Below are positions 43,703 through 56,889 of a stretch of 64,000 nt of DNA, in pieces. The translations under genes and the position numbers were made by a program. Position 1 is the stretch's first letter. Each line of letters opens with the position of its first letter. Source of the DNA: Eledone cirrhosa (lineage: Eukaryota); NCBI GenBank assembly GCA_964016885.1, contig OZ024743.1, positions 311,736,001 to 311,800,000 of the forward strand. The letters run 5' to 3'. The notes below the pieces were generated by a model. That model was not told where the DNA came from. It searched no databases and worked only from the letters and a program-made list of their open reading frames with translations.

Positions 43703-46700
43703 CTACAGAACAATGTAGAGAGAAGGCCCATTTACACGAGCCATTCTCGCTTCTTTCACCCACCTTTCATAAAACTGTCTGGGGCCAAGCACTTCTCTCT
43801 CCATCCTGATCCTTCTTCCGAAGTGGTATCGGAAGAAGTAAACCAGGTGATGGCCGGAGAGAAAGTCACCCGACCTCAGACCTTTCAGGCGCGTCCACCA
43901 CACAACCTCTTTCATCATGGCTATTACGCACAGAAAGACCGCCTCTGCTTCGTTTCTGAAGGGAGGCGGCGGCTTGATGTTCACCACAGACTCGGCGGTT
44001 AATCGAATCGGCGCCACACGCGACAGCAGTCGTTCGACGTAGCCCCACAGATCGGCAACGCCCGGGCAGTGTACCAGTGCATGCGCAACGGTTTCCTCGT
44101 CGCGCACGCATCTGGGACAGATCTTTTTCGCTGGATCCCTGCCCGGGCGCCCGTGTCTGTAGAGCTTTTCTCGAACGGGCAGAGCCCCCCGGTAACACTG
44201 CCAGGCTAGGGACCTCTGGAAGTTGTCCATGGGTCCCGGGCCGAAAGTTCTACCGAACAGGCTGGCCAGTTCGTCCTCCTCCATGCCTAGCGACTCTCCA
44301 AGGGTGTCGTCGCCCCTGCTAGCCACCAGCCCTCTATAGAATGTCGAGGTGGATTCTCCACTGACAGTCGGGTCCGCTTGCCAGATAGCCGTGAGCGCCT
44401 GGGCACACTCGGTGTGCCAGTTGCCCAGTTTTCTCGGTCTTTGCTTCACCCAGGATTGCAGCTCGGTGAGCGAGACGAGCTGTGGGAAGGCTCGCCTCAC
44501 AAACGGGGCCCACACCGGCTGACCGGTGAGGAATACCTGTAGATGCCGTAGCCTCAATGCGTGCCTACGCATCAACAGCCACGGCATACCCAGCCCTCCT
44601 TTCGAAGGGTGCTGGCAGCAGATGGATCTCCTCACCATGGGAGGCCGCTTCTTCCAGAGGAACTGGAAGAGCATGCGTTCCATGATGGTGATCTTTTCCT
44701 TGGGGCAAGGCACGACGGTCAGGCGGTAGCAGATGACGGACGCTATGTAAGCGTTCGTCACCTCCGCCCGACCTTTCAGTGATAGTTTGCACTTGGCCCA
44801 CTTCTGGGTCAGCGCAAACACCCTGCTCGTCACCTCGCCCCAATTCTTCTCCACCTGGAGGTCCGGTCCGAACCAGACCCCGAGCAGCTTCACCGGGCCC
44901 TCCGTCCACCGCCCGACGACACCGTCTAACGGCATCGGTTTGCCCCTCCACGTTCCGAGTTGCAAACCGAAGACTTGTCCCGGTTCAGCCTAGCCCCCGT
45001 CAGCCTTTCGTATTCCTCCAGTAGGGTGGCGATCGCCCCGATTTCCGAGGCGTCCGCCACCATTACTGTTACGTCGTCGGCATAGGCCGAGACCGCTTTG
45101 TGCAATCCCGGTTCCAGGGGTATGCCCCGCAGCAACTCCAACTTCCGCAGCAGTGGCTCGAGAGTCAATACGTACAGAAGGGAGGAGAGGGGGCACCCCT
45201 GTCTGATGGACCGGGTGATTTGAAACGGCTCCGAGAGGTAGCCGTTTACTTTAATCCTAGAGTAGATGTTGCCACTGTGCATGGCAGAAATCCAGCCCCT
45301 GAAAATCGGTCCGAAGCCCGCCGCCGCTAGCACCGCATCCAGGTAACCATGGTCGACCCTATCGAACGCCTTAGATTGATCCAAGTTGATCAGGGCCCCA
45401 CCAAAGCCGGGTTCGTTGCCAACCCTCTCTATGATGTATCGCATGAGGTGGAGGTTGTCGTGAATGGACCTGGACGGGATAGCGCATGTCTGCGCGTCTC
45501 CCACCAAACCACCCACCACAAGCGCCAACCTCTTCGCCAACACCTTGGCCAAAATCTGTAACTCTGCATTCAGCAGAGTTATGGGCCTAAAGTTACTTAA
45601 GTCGTCCCCCTTGCTCTCGTCCTTCCTCACTAGCGTGACCACGCCCTTGGTCACAGAACAGGAAATTCTCCCGTTCTGTTGCCAGTTGCAATAGACAGCC
45701 TCGAGGAGTTCGGAGAACAAGACCGGCATAGCTAAATAAAGTTCGTATGGTAGACCATCGAGACCCGGAGATTTGCGTCTGCTGCATTGGCTGAGCGCTT
45801 CCCCGATTTCAGTGGCTGTGATTGGCCTTTCGCAGCACTCCGCTTCGCCGCTCGAAAGACGCGGTAGACCGTCGAGGTATGGACCGAAGTCCACATCCCC
45901 GTCCGGCCCCCCCCGCCCGCTCCGAACAGTCGAGCAAAGTGCCTTTGAAAGGCCTCGCACATCCGCTCAGGTTCAAGGATCACCCGTCCATCCTGGTCTC
46001 GCAAAGACCGAATGGTGGATTTAATCCCACTCTTGGCTTCTGTCACGCGGGCCCAGCTAACAGCTTTGGTCCCCTCGTTTCCTAAAGCACGTATTTTACT
46101 TCGGACAACGCAGCCTTCGTGCTTCGCGTCAAAGAACTGGCTCAACGCCGTTCTCGCCGCTAACACTCTGGCTACGTCTCCGCTCCTAATCGCCTCTTCT
46201 AGTTTATCTGTTAACTCCCTTTCCTTCCTATTTCTATTCGCCGCTAGTTCCTTACTGTAACCTATCGAACTTACTCTAATCTCTCTCTTTAGAGATACCC
46301 ACCACCTACTGTTGACAATCGCTCCCCTCAACCGCATCTTAACTAAGCTACTAATCCGGTTCCTGTAATCTTTCTTTGCCGGCAAGGACAAGTTCATCTT
46401 CCAGTAACCGGGACCCTGTCTATGCCTTCTATCAAGGTTGACCACGCAGGTCACTAATTTGTGATCTGAATAGCCAACCATGATCAATTCTGGACAACTA
46501 AATACGTCCCTATCCTTACTCCTAACCAAAAACCTATCTAGGTACGATCTAGATTGTCCACTGCGGTTTGCCCAGGTCCAGGTTGGCGCAGTTGGACAAT
46601 CTAGTCGAAATCTATCGACCAGGTCGAATCGATCGAGTAACCCCTTGAGGCTGCTACACCCCCCTCTATCGGGACATGCCCCTGCATAGTCCCAACGCGC

Positions 46701-47138
46701 ATCTAGGATTCCATTCCAGTCCCCCACTAAAAGCAGGGAACGCGACGTTCCTAGAAAAGTCTCCAGACGCTGGAAGAAGTCGGCTCTCTCAGCCCCGAAG
46801 GGGGCATAAAGACCGACCAGTCTGAAAGCCCCGCCTTCACCGCCTCCGACGTCCAGCACCAGTATTCGACCCCCCGGGTCCGAGTGAACAATCTGTACGT
46901 CGAGAGCCAGACGTTTATCCAGCAGTACGGCAACTTCCCCCCCCCCCCCGCCTCCGGGTTGACAGAGAGATGCGTGCATCTCAAAGTCATCGAAGGCGGG
47001 AGCCAGCTGTCGCACGCTGCTGATCCGACTCTCGCAAACAACCATCACATCTATACTTCGTGACCTGAGGTCACTTAGTAGCTTTGCTTGCTTCCAAGCT
47101 GAGCCCAGGCCACGCGCGTTCAAACAGCCAACTCTCAA
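43703..47138 (-). pseudogene. LINE ORF2: APE endonuclease, RT and CCHC domain, two frameshifts (~45905, ~44960)
   Basis: CLNARGL, GDWN, SYLDRF, SDH, GPGYWKMN, KSPGLDG, FRPITLLN, DQSKAFDRV, IRQGCPLS, YADD, C..C..ET..H..C. Confidence 0.95.
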
Positions 47139-47143
47139 TTGAT

Positions 47144-48936
47144 CTATTTTGGTGTTGAAAGTGAAGAAAGAAAAGCACTTACCTCTCCGGGTTGTGTAAT
47201 TTCCATGGCGTCAGGTGTGTTGGGTGGAGGGATGTTTTGTGGTGGTGTGGGGGTGCCCGAGTGTGGTTGGGTTGGGGTGTTTGGAGTTGTGTCAGGGAGA
47301 GGGGAGGTTATGGGGAAATCTTTCAAGAGGACGCGATTTAACGGTTTTAAACAGGGGGGGCTCACGTCCTGTCTAAATTGTTCTTTTAAGGAACGATAAA
47401 GGTCCAGAGGGACCTTTATCATTTTTAAATGGGTGAAGTTCTCTGTTGAGATAAAGTTTGGCCCTTCGGTCTGCACCAAAGGGCTAGTGTTTATTAATTT
47501 AAACAGTTTTTGTTTTCTTTATTTATATATGTGTATTGCAATGTCTTTTTTTTTGATGCTGTCAATGTTTCGGAGAGGGGAGGCGCAGATTTATTTTTGT
47601 TTGTTGAGGGTGGGGTGTTTTTTATTGGAGTTGGTGTTTGTGTGTGGGTTATTTGTGGTGTGCTGGGTGTGTGCTTTCTTTTTTTTCTTTTAACTTGTCT
47701 GAAGGCTTCTCCTCCTTCTTCTTCAGAAGTTGGGGGAAACTCTTCAGCGCTAGGTGGGAGGGACGTCGTGTCTGGTTGTTTTTTTTTGCGGGAGGGGTAG
47801 ATTTGTTGCTGTTTTTTTTATTATTTGTTTGGAATGCGTTTTGTGGTGGTGGGGGTGCTGTTTGTGTCGTGCTTGTGGTTGGTAATGGTGGTGATGATTT
47901 TTGTGTCGAGCTTGTGTTTGCTGCTGGTGGTGGTGATGTGCTTGGTGGTGTTTGTATTTTGTTTGCTGTGTGTGGTATTAGTGTATTTTTGGAGGTGGGT
48001 GGTGTTGGTGTACTGTTTGTGGTGGGTGTGGGCAATAGTCCTTTTTGGGGGACACGTTTCGGGCAGTTAGCCTTAATGTGTCCCCTTTCCATGCATAAAT
48101 AGCATGCTGGTCTTCTCCCCTCTACAATTATATCTATTGGGGTGAGCTCATCCAGCCAGATGCGATCCGGGATTTGTGCTATTCTTTCGGGCCTCATTTG
48201 GACTAGTAGGTCGAGGCCCATTCCCAGGAACGCATCTCCGGATGCCTTCCCCATTGACAGCACTGTGTCCTCGCCCATGTCTATGAAGCCAGCAATAGCC
48301 CACCAGAAGTCCATTGTGGGCAGCATTGTTTGTATTTTTACTCTCTGTGTTCTTCTACCCATGTAGGAGGGATAGAAGCTGTATGTTGTCGATGAGAGTG
48401 GGCTTATGGAAAGCTTCTCCGCCGTTTCCTTGTCTTTTGTTAGGACCGAAATGCTGCCATAGAGTCGGTCCTTTCGTATGAAGAGAATATTCTTCATATA
48501 GTCTTTTAGGACCAACTCTATCTCCATTTGGCTGGGCTGTGCTGGCTTTCTTGTTTGGTTTAGGATTGTTCTGAAGAGAACTGTGTTCTCTGTTCTCGCT
48601 TTCTTGAATTCTGGGGGGGGGGCGGTTAATGGAAAACATTCCATTCTCCCCCAAAACAATGTGTTTCTTTGCTTCGGCCAGTTTTTCTCTGGCGGCCGTT
48701 AGGTCAATTGGTGTGTATGTAATGGATTGTTTTGTTTTCTGGGCGAAAGTTGCCCTGTTGTTATTTGTATTATTTTCTGTTTGTTTGTTTTCCGTTTGCT
48801 CATTTTCCTTAACATTTGTTTTTTCATTTTCTTTGTTTGTTTCGTTGTCTAATTTTGTTGTAATTATTTTTTGTTCTTCAGACTTGGGGGGCGTGGCAGA
48901 GCTAATGGCAGACATGTCTGCCATCTTTTCCGCCAT
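47144..48936 (-). pseudogene. LINE ORF1 with zinc knuckle, frameshifted
   Basis: CYLCMERGHIKANC. Split across ORFs 48355..48963, 47649..48659 and 47144..47479, with breaks near homopolymer runs. Confidence 0.8.
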
Positions 48937-49303
48937 GCTGCCAAGAACGAAATTTTTCGGCAAAATTAGATATTTATTTTACCCCCTAAAAAGGGGGTAA
49001 ATGCAAAAATGTTTCCCTAAATAACAGGGGTTAGTGTTCCAAATGTGTTGCACTGAAAAATTTATCCGCTACTTACAATAGTAAGGGTAAATCCCGATGG
49101 AATAGCGGAGCCGATGTGAAGCGTGTCTTACTCTATCAAGATAAATAGATAGATAGGGGTGTGTATGATTGTGTATAGAAGATTATATTAATAAAAGGAA
49201 TTCCAACTTTGTCTGATTTACTCGTTTTATTTACAATCCTTTAAAATTTATAATGGTATTAGAATGAAATAGTATGGTAGAATATTAAATGTTAAGTGTT
49301 AAT

Positions 49304-49342
49304 TGAACAAGTACTTTCATGCTTTCGCAATCTTCAGGTTCA
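49304..49342 (-). ncRNA. Type I HHR motif in inverted PLE tail
   Basis: Minus strand: TGAAC CTGAAGA TTGC gaaa GCAT GAAA GTAC TT GTTCA. Confidence 0.7.
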
Positions 49343-49344
49343 TA

Positions 49345-50465
49345 ATGTGTGGTGACAGTCAAGTTTGCATATGTCTGTTAAAACAGAAAGGAGTCCCACA
49401 TAAGATCTCTTAGAAAATACTTGAACGATCCAGTCCTTACACCAACGGCACTAAGAAATGCCGTATCTGTCTGAGTGAGAAATTTAGGATATTACAAGGT
49501 TTGTCATCTTCGAATAATATTTGTTTGAACTCAAAGAGCGACATTTTTAGAGGCCTAACTGCTTGCTCAGTGAAAATATTCAACAAATTCGACTGATTTT
49601 CAACCACCATAATTTGATTTATATGCTTCCGTTATATCTTTTCTTTAACTTTCTTTTTCCACACTTACATAATACAAAACACTTTCTATACTACTCTACT
49701 CCATACCTTAATAAATATTACCATCTCTATATTACAATCTACCACATAATACAATACTTCTGCTACAGTATAAGAACAAAAACATGGATAATCTGAAATT
49801 TCTAACATCTTGGAGTTATTTCTCTTTGTTATAATACTTTTTTCGTTAACACGCATTTTAGCACGCTTTACTTCTAACGGTATCTTCTAAACTTGAATAA
49901 GCACATGAAGAAAGGTCATTAATGTGATGCCTCTTGTATCTGGATGTATAGTCAAATTTGGCCTTGAAACTTTGGGTAGCGCTTGTGTTCCGTGTATGAA
50001 TATAAACAAATATCATAACAATTCTGATCTCTTCCCGATTGAGCACTGCCTTCCTTTTTCCTTTTCTCACCTACGGGTATTGCTACATACACATATTGCT
50101 TCTACATGAAATTTTTGCACAGACCTTCGGATTTTATTTCGACTGACTTATATATTTCTGAATGTTTATTTTAACACTATTTGGACATTTGGATATGTTT
50201 ATCACTACACATACACATGTAAAGGACATTAAATCATTCAAATCCACTAAGAATGTTTTTGTATTTTCGGATAAAACAAAACATTTGTACCAACTTAATA
50301 AGGAAAAAATATAACAACAGTATACTTTAGAGCATAACAAATAAATACCGAAAAGTCAAACCTACCACCTATAATAAGATTAATGGTCAGACCAAAGATA
50401 TTGCCACAAATTTTAAAATAGACAATAGAGTTGAACGCTTAGCGGAAAGTGATGCCTTCATTTTC
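49345..50465 (+). mobile_element. Degenerate PLE fragments (GIY-YIG C-terminus 49345-49560; N-terminal ORF piece ~50230-50465)
   Basis: KILERSSPYTNGTKKCRICLSEK..LNSKSDIF; FSDKTKHLY..KIDNRVERLAE. Confidence 0.6.
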
Positions 50466-51009
50466 TTCCAGCCTCCTCTTTCTCCTATTTTTTCTTTCCT
50501 AATGAAGGACTAACGTCTGATACGTTGAGATATTGTTTTTCCTCTTCTTTTAAACGTGAAAATAATAAGACTTTGTGTAACTGTATCTCTGTATTTGACT
50601 TTTTTTTCAATTTTGAACTAGATAATATATGTCACTTGTAAGATGGTGAAAAAAAAATGGAGATTTGGCTAGTATTTATAGCAGGTTAACGAACTACGTA
50701 GAAAATCCTTCCCGCTGGCTCACAGAATGGTATTTCATAAAGTTACATAATTTTGGAATTTTCTTATATTTGATTAATGTTTTTACGATATATCTTTCCC
50801 GAAAATTTGTATCAATGCATACTGATATAATTTGGAGATTTAGTAAAATTCTGTAGGGTTTTTTTCTCTTCTTTTCAATATAATGTCCAGCATCGATACT
50901 TGTATCCGAGCAGCAGCCGAGGAGATATGCAACGTCAAGTTTGACAACATAGGGTGGCAACAGGACACTTTACCTGTCAGGTATGGTAACTTAGCCTCCG
51001 GTCCCTGAT

Positions 51010-51870
51010 CTCAATAACTTTGCCAGCGTATCTTTCGTCAGTAACCTCGTGTCGCGTCCTCGTCAGCAGGGTTCTTCAAAACACAACAGAACCCTCTGTG
51101 TTCGGAGAACGTGAGGCCGCTTGTGAGACGTGGGACCGGCTGGGACTTAGCCCAGTAGATGTCCCTCCTCCTTCTCCCCCTGTTGACTTCAAGTCCCCCC
51201 AACGCACTTGGGATGCCATCCAGTGCAGCCTGGCCTCAGACAGGCAAACGCGCCAGCTCAACCAACACCGCCTTGCTTGTTTTCGTGCGGCCTCCAAACC
51301 CCACAGTGGTGCCTGGCTCCATGCCATTCCCTCCTTCTCCACTGGCACACAGCTAGACAACCATAGCCTGCGCATCAGCGTTTCCCTGAGGCTCGGCCTC
51401 CAGATCTGCCAGCCACACCAATGTCGCTGCGGTTCCACCGTGGACTCTCTTTCGGCCTCCACCCGTTTTTCTGTCACCACAGTGCCGGCCGCATTCTACG
51501 CCATACTGCCCTCAACGAGGTCATTAAGCATGGCTTGGGCGCTGCAGGCTTCCCTTCCCAGCTCGAGCCGGTGAGGCTGGATCGAGCGGACGGCAAAAGG
51601 CCAGATGGCATGACCATCTTCCCGTTCCGCGGTGGCAAACCCCTCGTCTAATGCCACTTGCACCGACACTTTCTGCAGCCGCAACCTGGTGCAATCTGCG
51701 ACTGACCCAGGTTCTGCTGCACGTCGGGCTGAGGGGGCCAAACTCCTCAAATACCGGTCGCTCTCCGACAGTTTAGCTGTCGTACCCCTGGCAGTGGAGA
51801 CTTCTAGTGTCCTCGGTCCCAGGGCTACCTCCTTACTCACCACCATGGGCGCTGAGCTGGAGAGCCGCCT
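51010..51870 (+). mobile_element. CRE-like (RLE-encoding) non-LTR retrotransposon 3' fragment
   Basis: SGAWL.A.P..LRLG..C.CG..RH.ALN..EP..DGKRPDG..ATCTDT..AE..K..KY..PLAVET. Confidence 0.8.
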
Positions 51871-52470
51871 GCGACTGCTGGACTAGAAGACAGGCGAGAA
51901 TATATACTTTTCTCGTCTGTGTAAATGAGGTGATTAATCTCATTTGCATATGAAGCTGCATAAGTTGGCTCAACTTATAATAAAAAAGAAATAGGATTTC
52001 GCTTCAAGCATAGCTTTATACAATATGTATAAATATTTCGTATCTCCAAAGAAATACGGTTTTAGGAAGCCGTAGCTATGCAAACACCGGGGGGGTTAAT
52101 GCCCTCTGGTGATGTCCAGCAGAAGCAAGGGGGACAACCGTCTATGCATTTCAGGCTTAACTGGCCTTCGTCAGGACGGTCCCTCCCACCGCTTGCGACT
52201 GCTGGACTAGAAGACAGGCGAGAATATATACTTTTCTCGTCTGTGTAAATGAGGTGATTAATCTCATTTGCATATGAAGCTGCATAAGTTGGCTCAACTT
52301 ATAATAGAAAAAGTAATAGGATTTCGCTTCAAGCATAGCTTTATACAATATGTATAAATATTTCGTATCTCCAAAGAAATATGGCTTCCTTAAACCGTAT
52401 TTCTTTGGAGATACGAAATATTTATACATATTGTATAAAGCTATGCTTGAAGCGAAATTCTATTTCTTTG
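51871..52470. mobile_element. Retrozyme-like family C: 324-bp unit, ~1.6 tandem copies plus inverted partial copy; HHR 52137-52180 (-)
   Basis: GCGACTGCTGGACTAG at 51871 and 52195. Minus strand: ACCGTC CTGACGA AGGC cagttaa GCCT GAAA TGCA TA GACGGT. Inversion at ~52383. Confidence 0.8.
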
Positions 52471-52504
52471 TTATATATATACAGGAAAGATATATATATA
52501 TATA

Positions 52505-53238
52505 TATCAAAGGTATATATTGAGTTAGAAACTCAAAATAGTCTCTTACAATAAAATAGCTGTAGGAAAGAGATTTTTCCGAGCCGTATATTATAATTGA
52601 TTTATTCTTAAATTGAGTCTGGCAAACCCTATTGTCTATAGTTAGTATTCTTTTCACCTTAGCGAATCTGGTCCCTTACGATTTGAATACATATATGTAT
52701 ATATCTGTGTTTGTTTTTCTTTTATATTCAATTATAGTATACGGCTCAGAAAAATCTCTTTCCTAGAGCTATTATATTGTAAGAGACTATTTTTAGTTTC
52801 TAACTCAATATATACCTTTGATACATTCGGCTCCGTTAATTTGTTAAGCTAATTCAAATGTCGAGTAAACCTGGCTGCTATTTTTAGTAGTGTGAGTTTG
52901 TGAGACACGCTAAGTTCAGATACCATGTGTGTTATTATATATACGCACACTATTCAATTTTTTAATATACTTAGAAGCGACCAGGATACTAATTCTTCAT
53001 CCACTGATGAGCAAGAATCGGTATTCCTCTTCACAATTAATTTTGCAAAACAGTATCGCCAAACGCTGTTTGGGTGATTGGTAGTTACACAATTCCGGTT
53101 TGTATTTAATTTCTTGATTTATTCTTAAATTGAGTCTGGCAAATCCTATTGTCTATAGTTAATATTCTTTTCACCTTAGCGAATCTGGTCCCTTACGATT
53201 TGAACACATATATGTATATATCTGTGTTTGTTTTTCTT
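52505..53238 (+). mobile_element. PLE pLTR-like unit with terminal direct repeat, inverted piece and degenerate HHR (52997-53077)
   Basis: 52597-52720 repeats at 53115-53238, and 52506-52588 is inverted at 52740-52823. TCATCCA CTGATGA GCAAGA..TTTTGC AAAA CAG..CTG TT TGGGTGA. Confidence 0.65.
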
Positions 53239-53284
53239 ATATATATATATATATATATATAGTTTTCTCTACCACAGAAGGTGG

Positions 53285-54146
53285 GGTGTCTACGCGCGGG
53301 GAAAACTATTCCCCCAGTACGAAAAAAAGAAATAGACGAATATCTAATTCCTACTTTAATCCATCTTACAACTCGGATGTATCAACCAGTATACCAAAGG
53401 CATTCTTTTCGATCTTGGAAAAGACCCCCCCACCCCCACCCCCGGTAGTAAATACCATAGTATCATTAATAAAAACACAATTAAACTATCATTCTCCACC
53501 ACTCCAAATCTAGCTCGTCACCTAACCATAACGAACAACAAAAAAATTAGAAAGGGTTTCGATACCATTGCATCTGCGGGACACCCGCAGCTACTAGACG
53601 GACCGGATGCGGCGTTACCCAGCAGTATGATCCACACATCCGATGTACGGTTGCCAAATCTAGAACGTACGGAAAACCAAACATCTCCTGTACCGCGGAG
53701 TGACATACACCGCAAATGTAACTGCAGACGAAAGGCTGAGTGCCCCCTGAAGGGGCTATGCCTTATAAACAATATTGTCTACGCTTGTGAAGTTACAACT
53801 CGGACCTCTTCCAAAACATATATAGAGTCTACATCGACCTCCTTTAAGACTAGATACAACTCCCATCGCTATACATTTAGAGATGATAGACTTAAGAATA
53901 CCACATCCCTAGCTAGTTACATATCCCTCCTGAAGAACACTGATATTCAATACAAGCTTGATTAGAGAATCATCATTAAATCATCGCAGTACAGACCCCC
54001 TAGCAAGACCTGTGACCTTTGTCTCTCTGAATCACACGCCATAATATACTCCAAACTGAACCTGCTAAATAAGAAATCGGATATATTCTCTTCTTGCCCG
54101 CACATAAATCTTAGCTCCTTCTATTACTTTAGACCAATTAGCTAAC
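53285..54146 (+). pseudogene. PLE GIY-YIG endonuclease region, degenerate
   Basis: YFNPSYN..CNCRRKAECPLKGLCLINNIVYAC..TYIE..FKTRYNSH..CDLCLSE..LLNKKSDI. Confidence 0.88.
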
Positions 54147-56099
54147 GCTGTAGCACTTACACACCTCCCTCCTGTCAAGCGTACGTAAAACCGCGCCACA
54201 TGGTTCCTGGTTCCTCTGTAACCTTAACTGCCCATCAAGTGTATATGGGCTATTCTTCTATTTCATTTCTCTCTTCCCCTCTCACTTACTTTTTTCTTCC
54301 TCTCTTCCCTAGTTCATCTTATTACCACTAACCAATAACACATAGGGTACAACCTTCTTAAGGCTTTTCCCTATACCTAGCTCAGCTTGACCCTATGCAG
54401 GCACCTACCCACACTAACCATAATGATACGGTTTATAAACGCACCCATTGTGCGCTAACTGATAGCACAGCCTAATAGTCTCTCGAAAGACCAGCAAACT
54501 CCGCCGCAGCTATAAAGCGGATGGTTTGGGCAACCGGGGTCCGGATAGCCTTGACCCTAATATAGTTTAGTGAAATAAGGGAGCAAATCGTGTGGGCTGG
54601 GTGCCCCAGAATCGATCAAGCCCCGGGGGGAAGGAGTGATTGGTCGCCGAGGGGTTTGATTCGAACAAATGACTTGCCCTAAGCGTCCCGTGGATATCTA
54701 ATGAATCCGCCCTTTATGACACGAATTGCCTCCCATACTTTTCATAAGCACACTACGACTTCCTGTATTTATATTCTGACAACCGTTGTGTTTTACTAGT
54801 GAGAAGCTAACCTCTGAAATTTTGAAATTGCTGAATATGAATTGTGCTGCAAATATGATGAATGATAGAACCACACTCAAGGCAGTGTGCGACAGTAGAT
54901 ATTGACTTCCGGTCGACCCAGGAGGGGTCACACCCGACTGTGAATAGATTACAATCTCCGGATTCGGTAATCTACACGAAAACCACGTGGCGGACATGTA
55001 AATAACTTAGTTGTCATAGATAGTTTTAGCCGTGAGCTTTCTATATTTTCTACAGAAATTTGCACCCCCACTCTAATAAACCCGCTTATTATTGTAACCA
55101 CATCTGCTTTTCCTTCACTCTGCCATTGGTAATTCTGGAAGCGGAGTTCTCTGTACACACCTTCTGTATGTGACGGAATAGCCATCACGATTTACATTTA
55201 CAGCGGTATAATTGTATACGGTATGACAACTTGTTTCGATGCCGATTCGGCCTTACAGTGAATTTCACTTGGGACGTTGGCTTGACTGACCGAACGTGAG
55301 GACTTTGGAAGATTGCAGTTGTAGAAGATCACCCCATCTAGCGTCGACTGTGAAGGCAGTCGATTAACTGCCCTTAGTTCTGACGTCACGTTCTGACGTC
55401 AGTAGCTGCGACAATAGCTCTTGGACGATGAGGACTCGGAGACAATAGACGTGCTATCTCTATGCAGTGATCCAAAGGATGATATCACACCATGCGGCAA
55501 TATATGACGACTAAAATATATCCCAGCCTAGGAGCACTAAAGTATTTGAATATATTCTGTAATTGCTCCTATTAAAAAATGTTTCTATAACATAAAATTG
55601 AGGTATGTTCCTTATTCCTTGTTTGACTATGTGCCAGTCAACAATATCCAATTAGACGGGATGACTGACGACAACCCCGCCTAAAGTGGTGACCCTCGAC
55701 GATTAAGTATGAAAATGAAGCCTACTTAATTTCGCTATTCCTTTTAAATTGAAAATTGTTCGTCTTATACAAAAAAAAAGAAAATGTTTTTTTTCAAAAT
55801 GGCTGACTGGCCAGCTAACATTCCCGCACATTGTCTTTCTTCTTCAAATGCAGCCATCTGATTGGCTTAGCCTCGTCACACGACCATATTCTTGTTTGGG
55901 AAAAGAAAGGCGACGCCATCTTGTTTGTTAATGGCTATCTTGTTCCATAGATTCCACCTTTCGGATTTTCGCTGCTATTTCTTGTACTGTGACTGAATTT
56001 CTTTTGCTTGCGGCAACTTTATGGATGTTGAGGGAAAATTGTGCTGTTTTCCCGTCGTTTTGAACATTACTTACTTTTATTCGTCCATGTGGAAATAGA

Positions 56100-56889
56100 T
56101 TGACGATGAGTGGTCCTGGTTTGCCTGCGTTCTCAGGTGATACTAAGCTATGGTTTGCGCAGCTCGACGCTTATTTCGCTGCCAACGAAGTGAAAAACCG
56201 AGCAAAAGCTCAACTTTTTAATAAGTGGTATTCCTTCTTCACTCGCTATATCAGAGAAAGATTTGATTACGAACCCGTCGGCCAGTATTTCCTATGATTC
56301 GTTGCCGGAAGAAATTTTTATAAGGAACAGTCGTTCTGCTGAAAGCAGATTTCGTTCATTGCTGGAGGACGAGTGTCTAGGCGATAGGTCGCCGTCCGAA
56401 TGTTTGCGCCACATTAGGGACCTCAGTGAATCGCCTGAACAGGATAATTCCTTTATTAAAAAATTATTTTTCTCTCGCCTGCCAAACAACGTCCAAATTA
56501 TTTTGGCAAATATAGTGGACACCAGCTCTTTGGAGCAAATTGCTGCCTCCGCGGATCGAATCGTGGAATTTTCTAAAAAGGCTACCACCTCGGACTCGCG
56601 TGTCGCTTCCTCTTATTAAAACCAGCCCGTCTCGACACGCGAGGATGCCATGTTGAAGGCTATTGACGCTTTGACGCAGCAAGTCGCTCGATTATGCAGG
56701 GAGAATAGGCCGTATTCCCGGCGGCTTAGGAGTCGTTCGCGTTCTTTCGCGACTCCACGTTGGCGTACTACTTCGCCCGCCAGCAACCCATCATTGTGCT
56801 GGTATCATGCTACCTTCGCGGATAAGGCAAATCATTGCCGGCCGCCGTGTAATTATTCAGCCTCGGGAAATGTGGACCAGAGTCACTAA
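56100..56889 (+). pseudogene. gag (disrupted)
   Basis: LPAF..LWFAQL..F, LGDRSPS..LR, LF..RLP, ADRI, CWYHATFADKANHCRPPC. Confidence 0.85.

Larger units (their letters stand above)
43470..49138 (-). mobile_element. Near full-length Tx1/L1-clade LINE inserted in (GATA)n
   Basis: Two-ORF structure, 3' AATAAA followed by a (TATC)n tail, and GATA repeats at both flanks. Confidence 0.92.

Noticed and set aside
43606-49000. Plus-strand ORFs over the LINE
   Set aside because: They are antisense shadows of GC-rich ORF1/ORF2 with no recognisable domains.
50495-50535. HHR-like CTAATGA AGGAC taac GTCT GATA CG
   Set aside because: It has two core mutations and no clear stem I or III; a decayed remnant at best.
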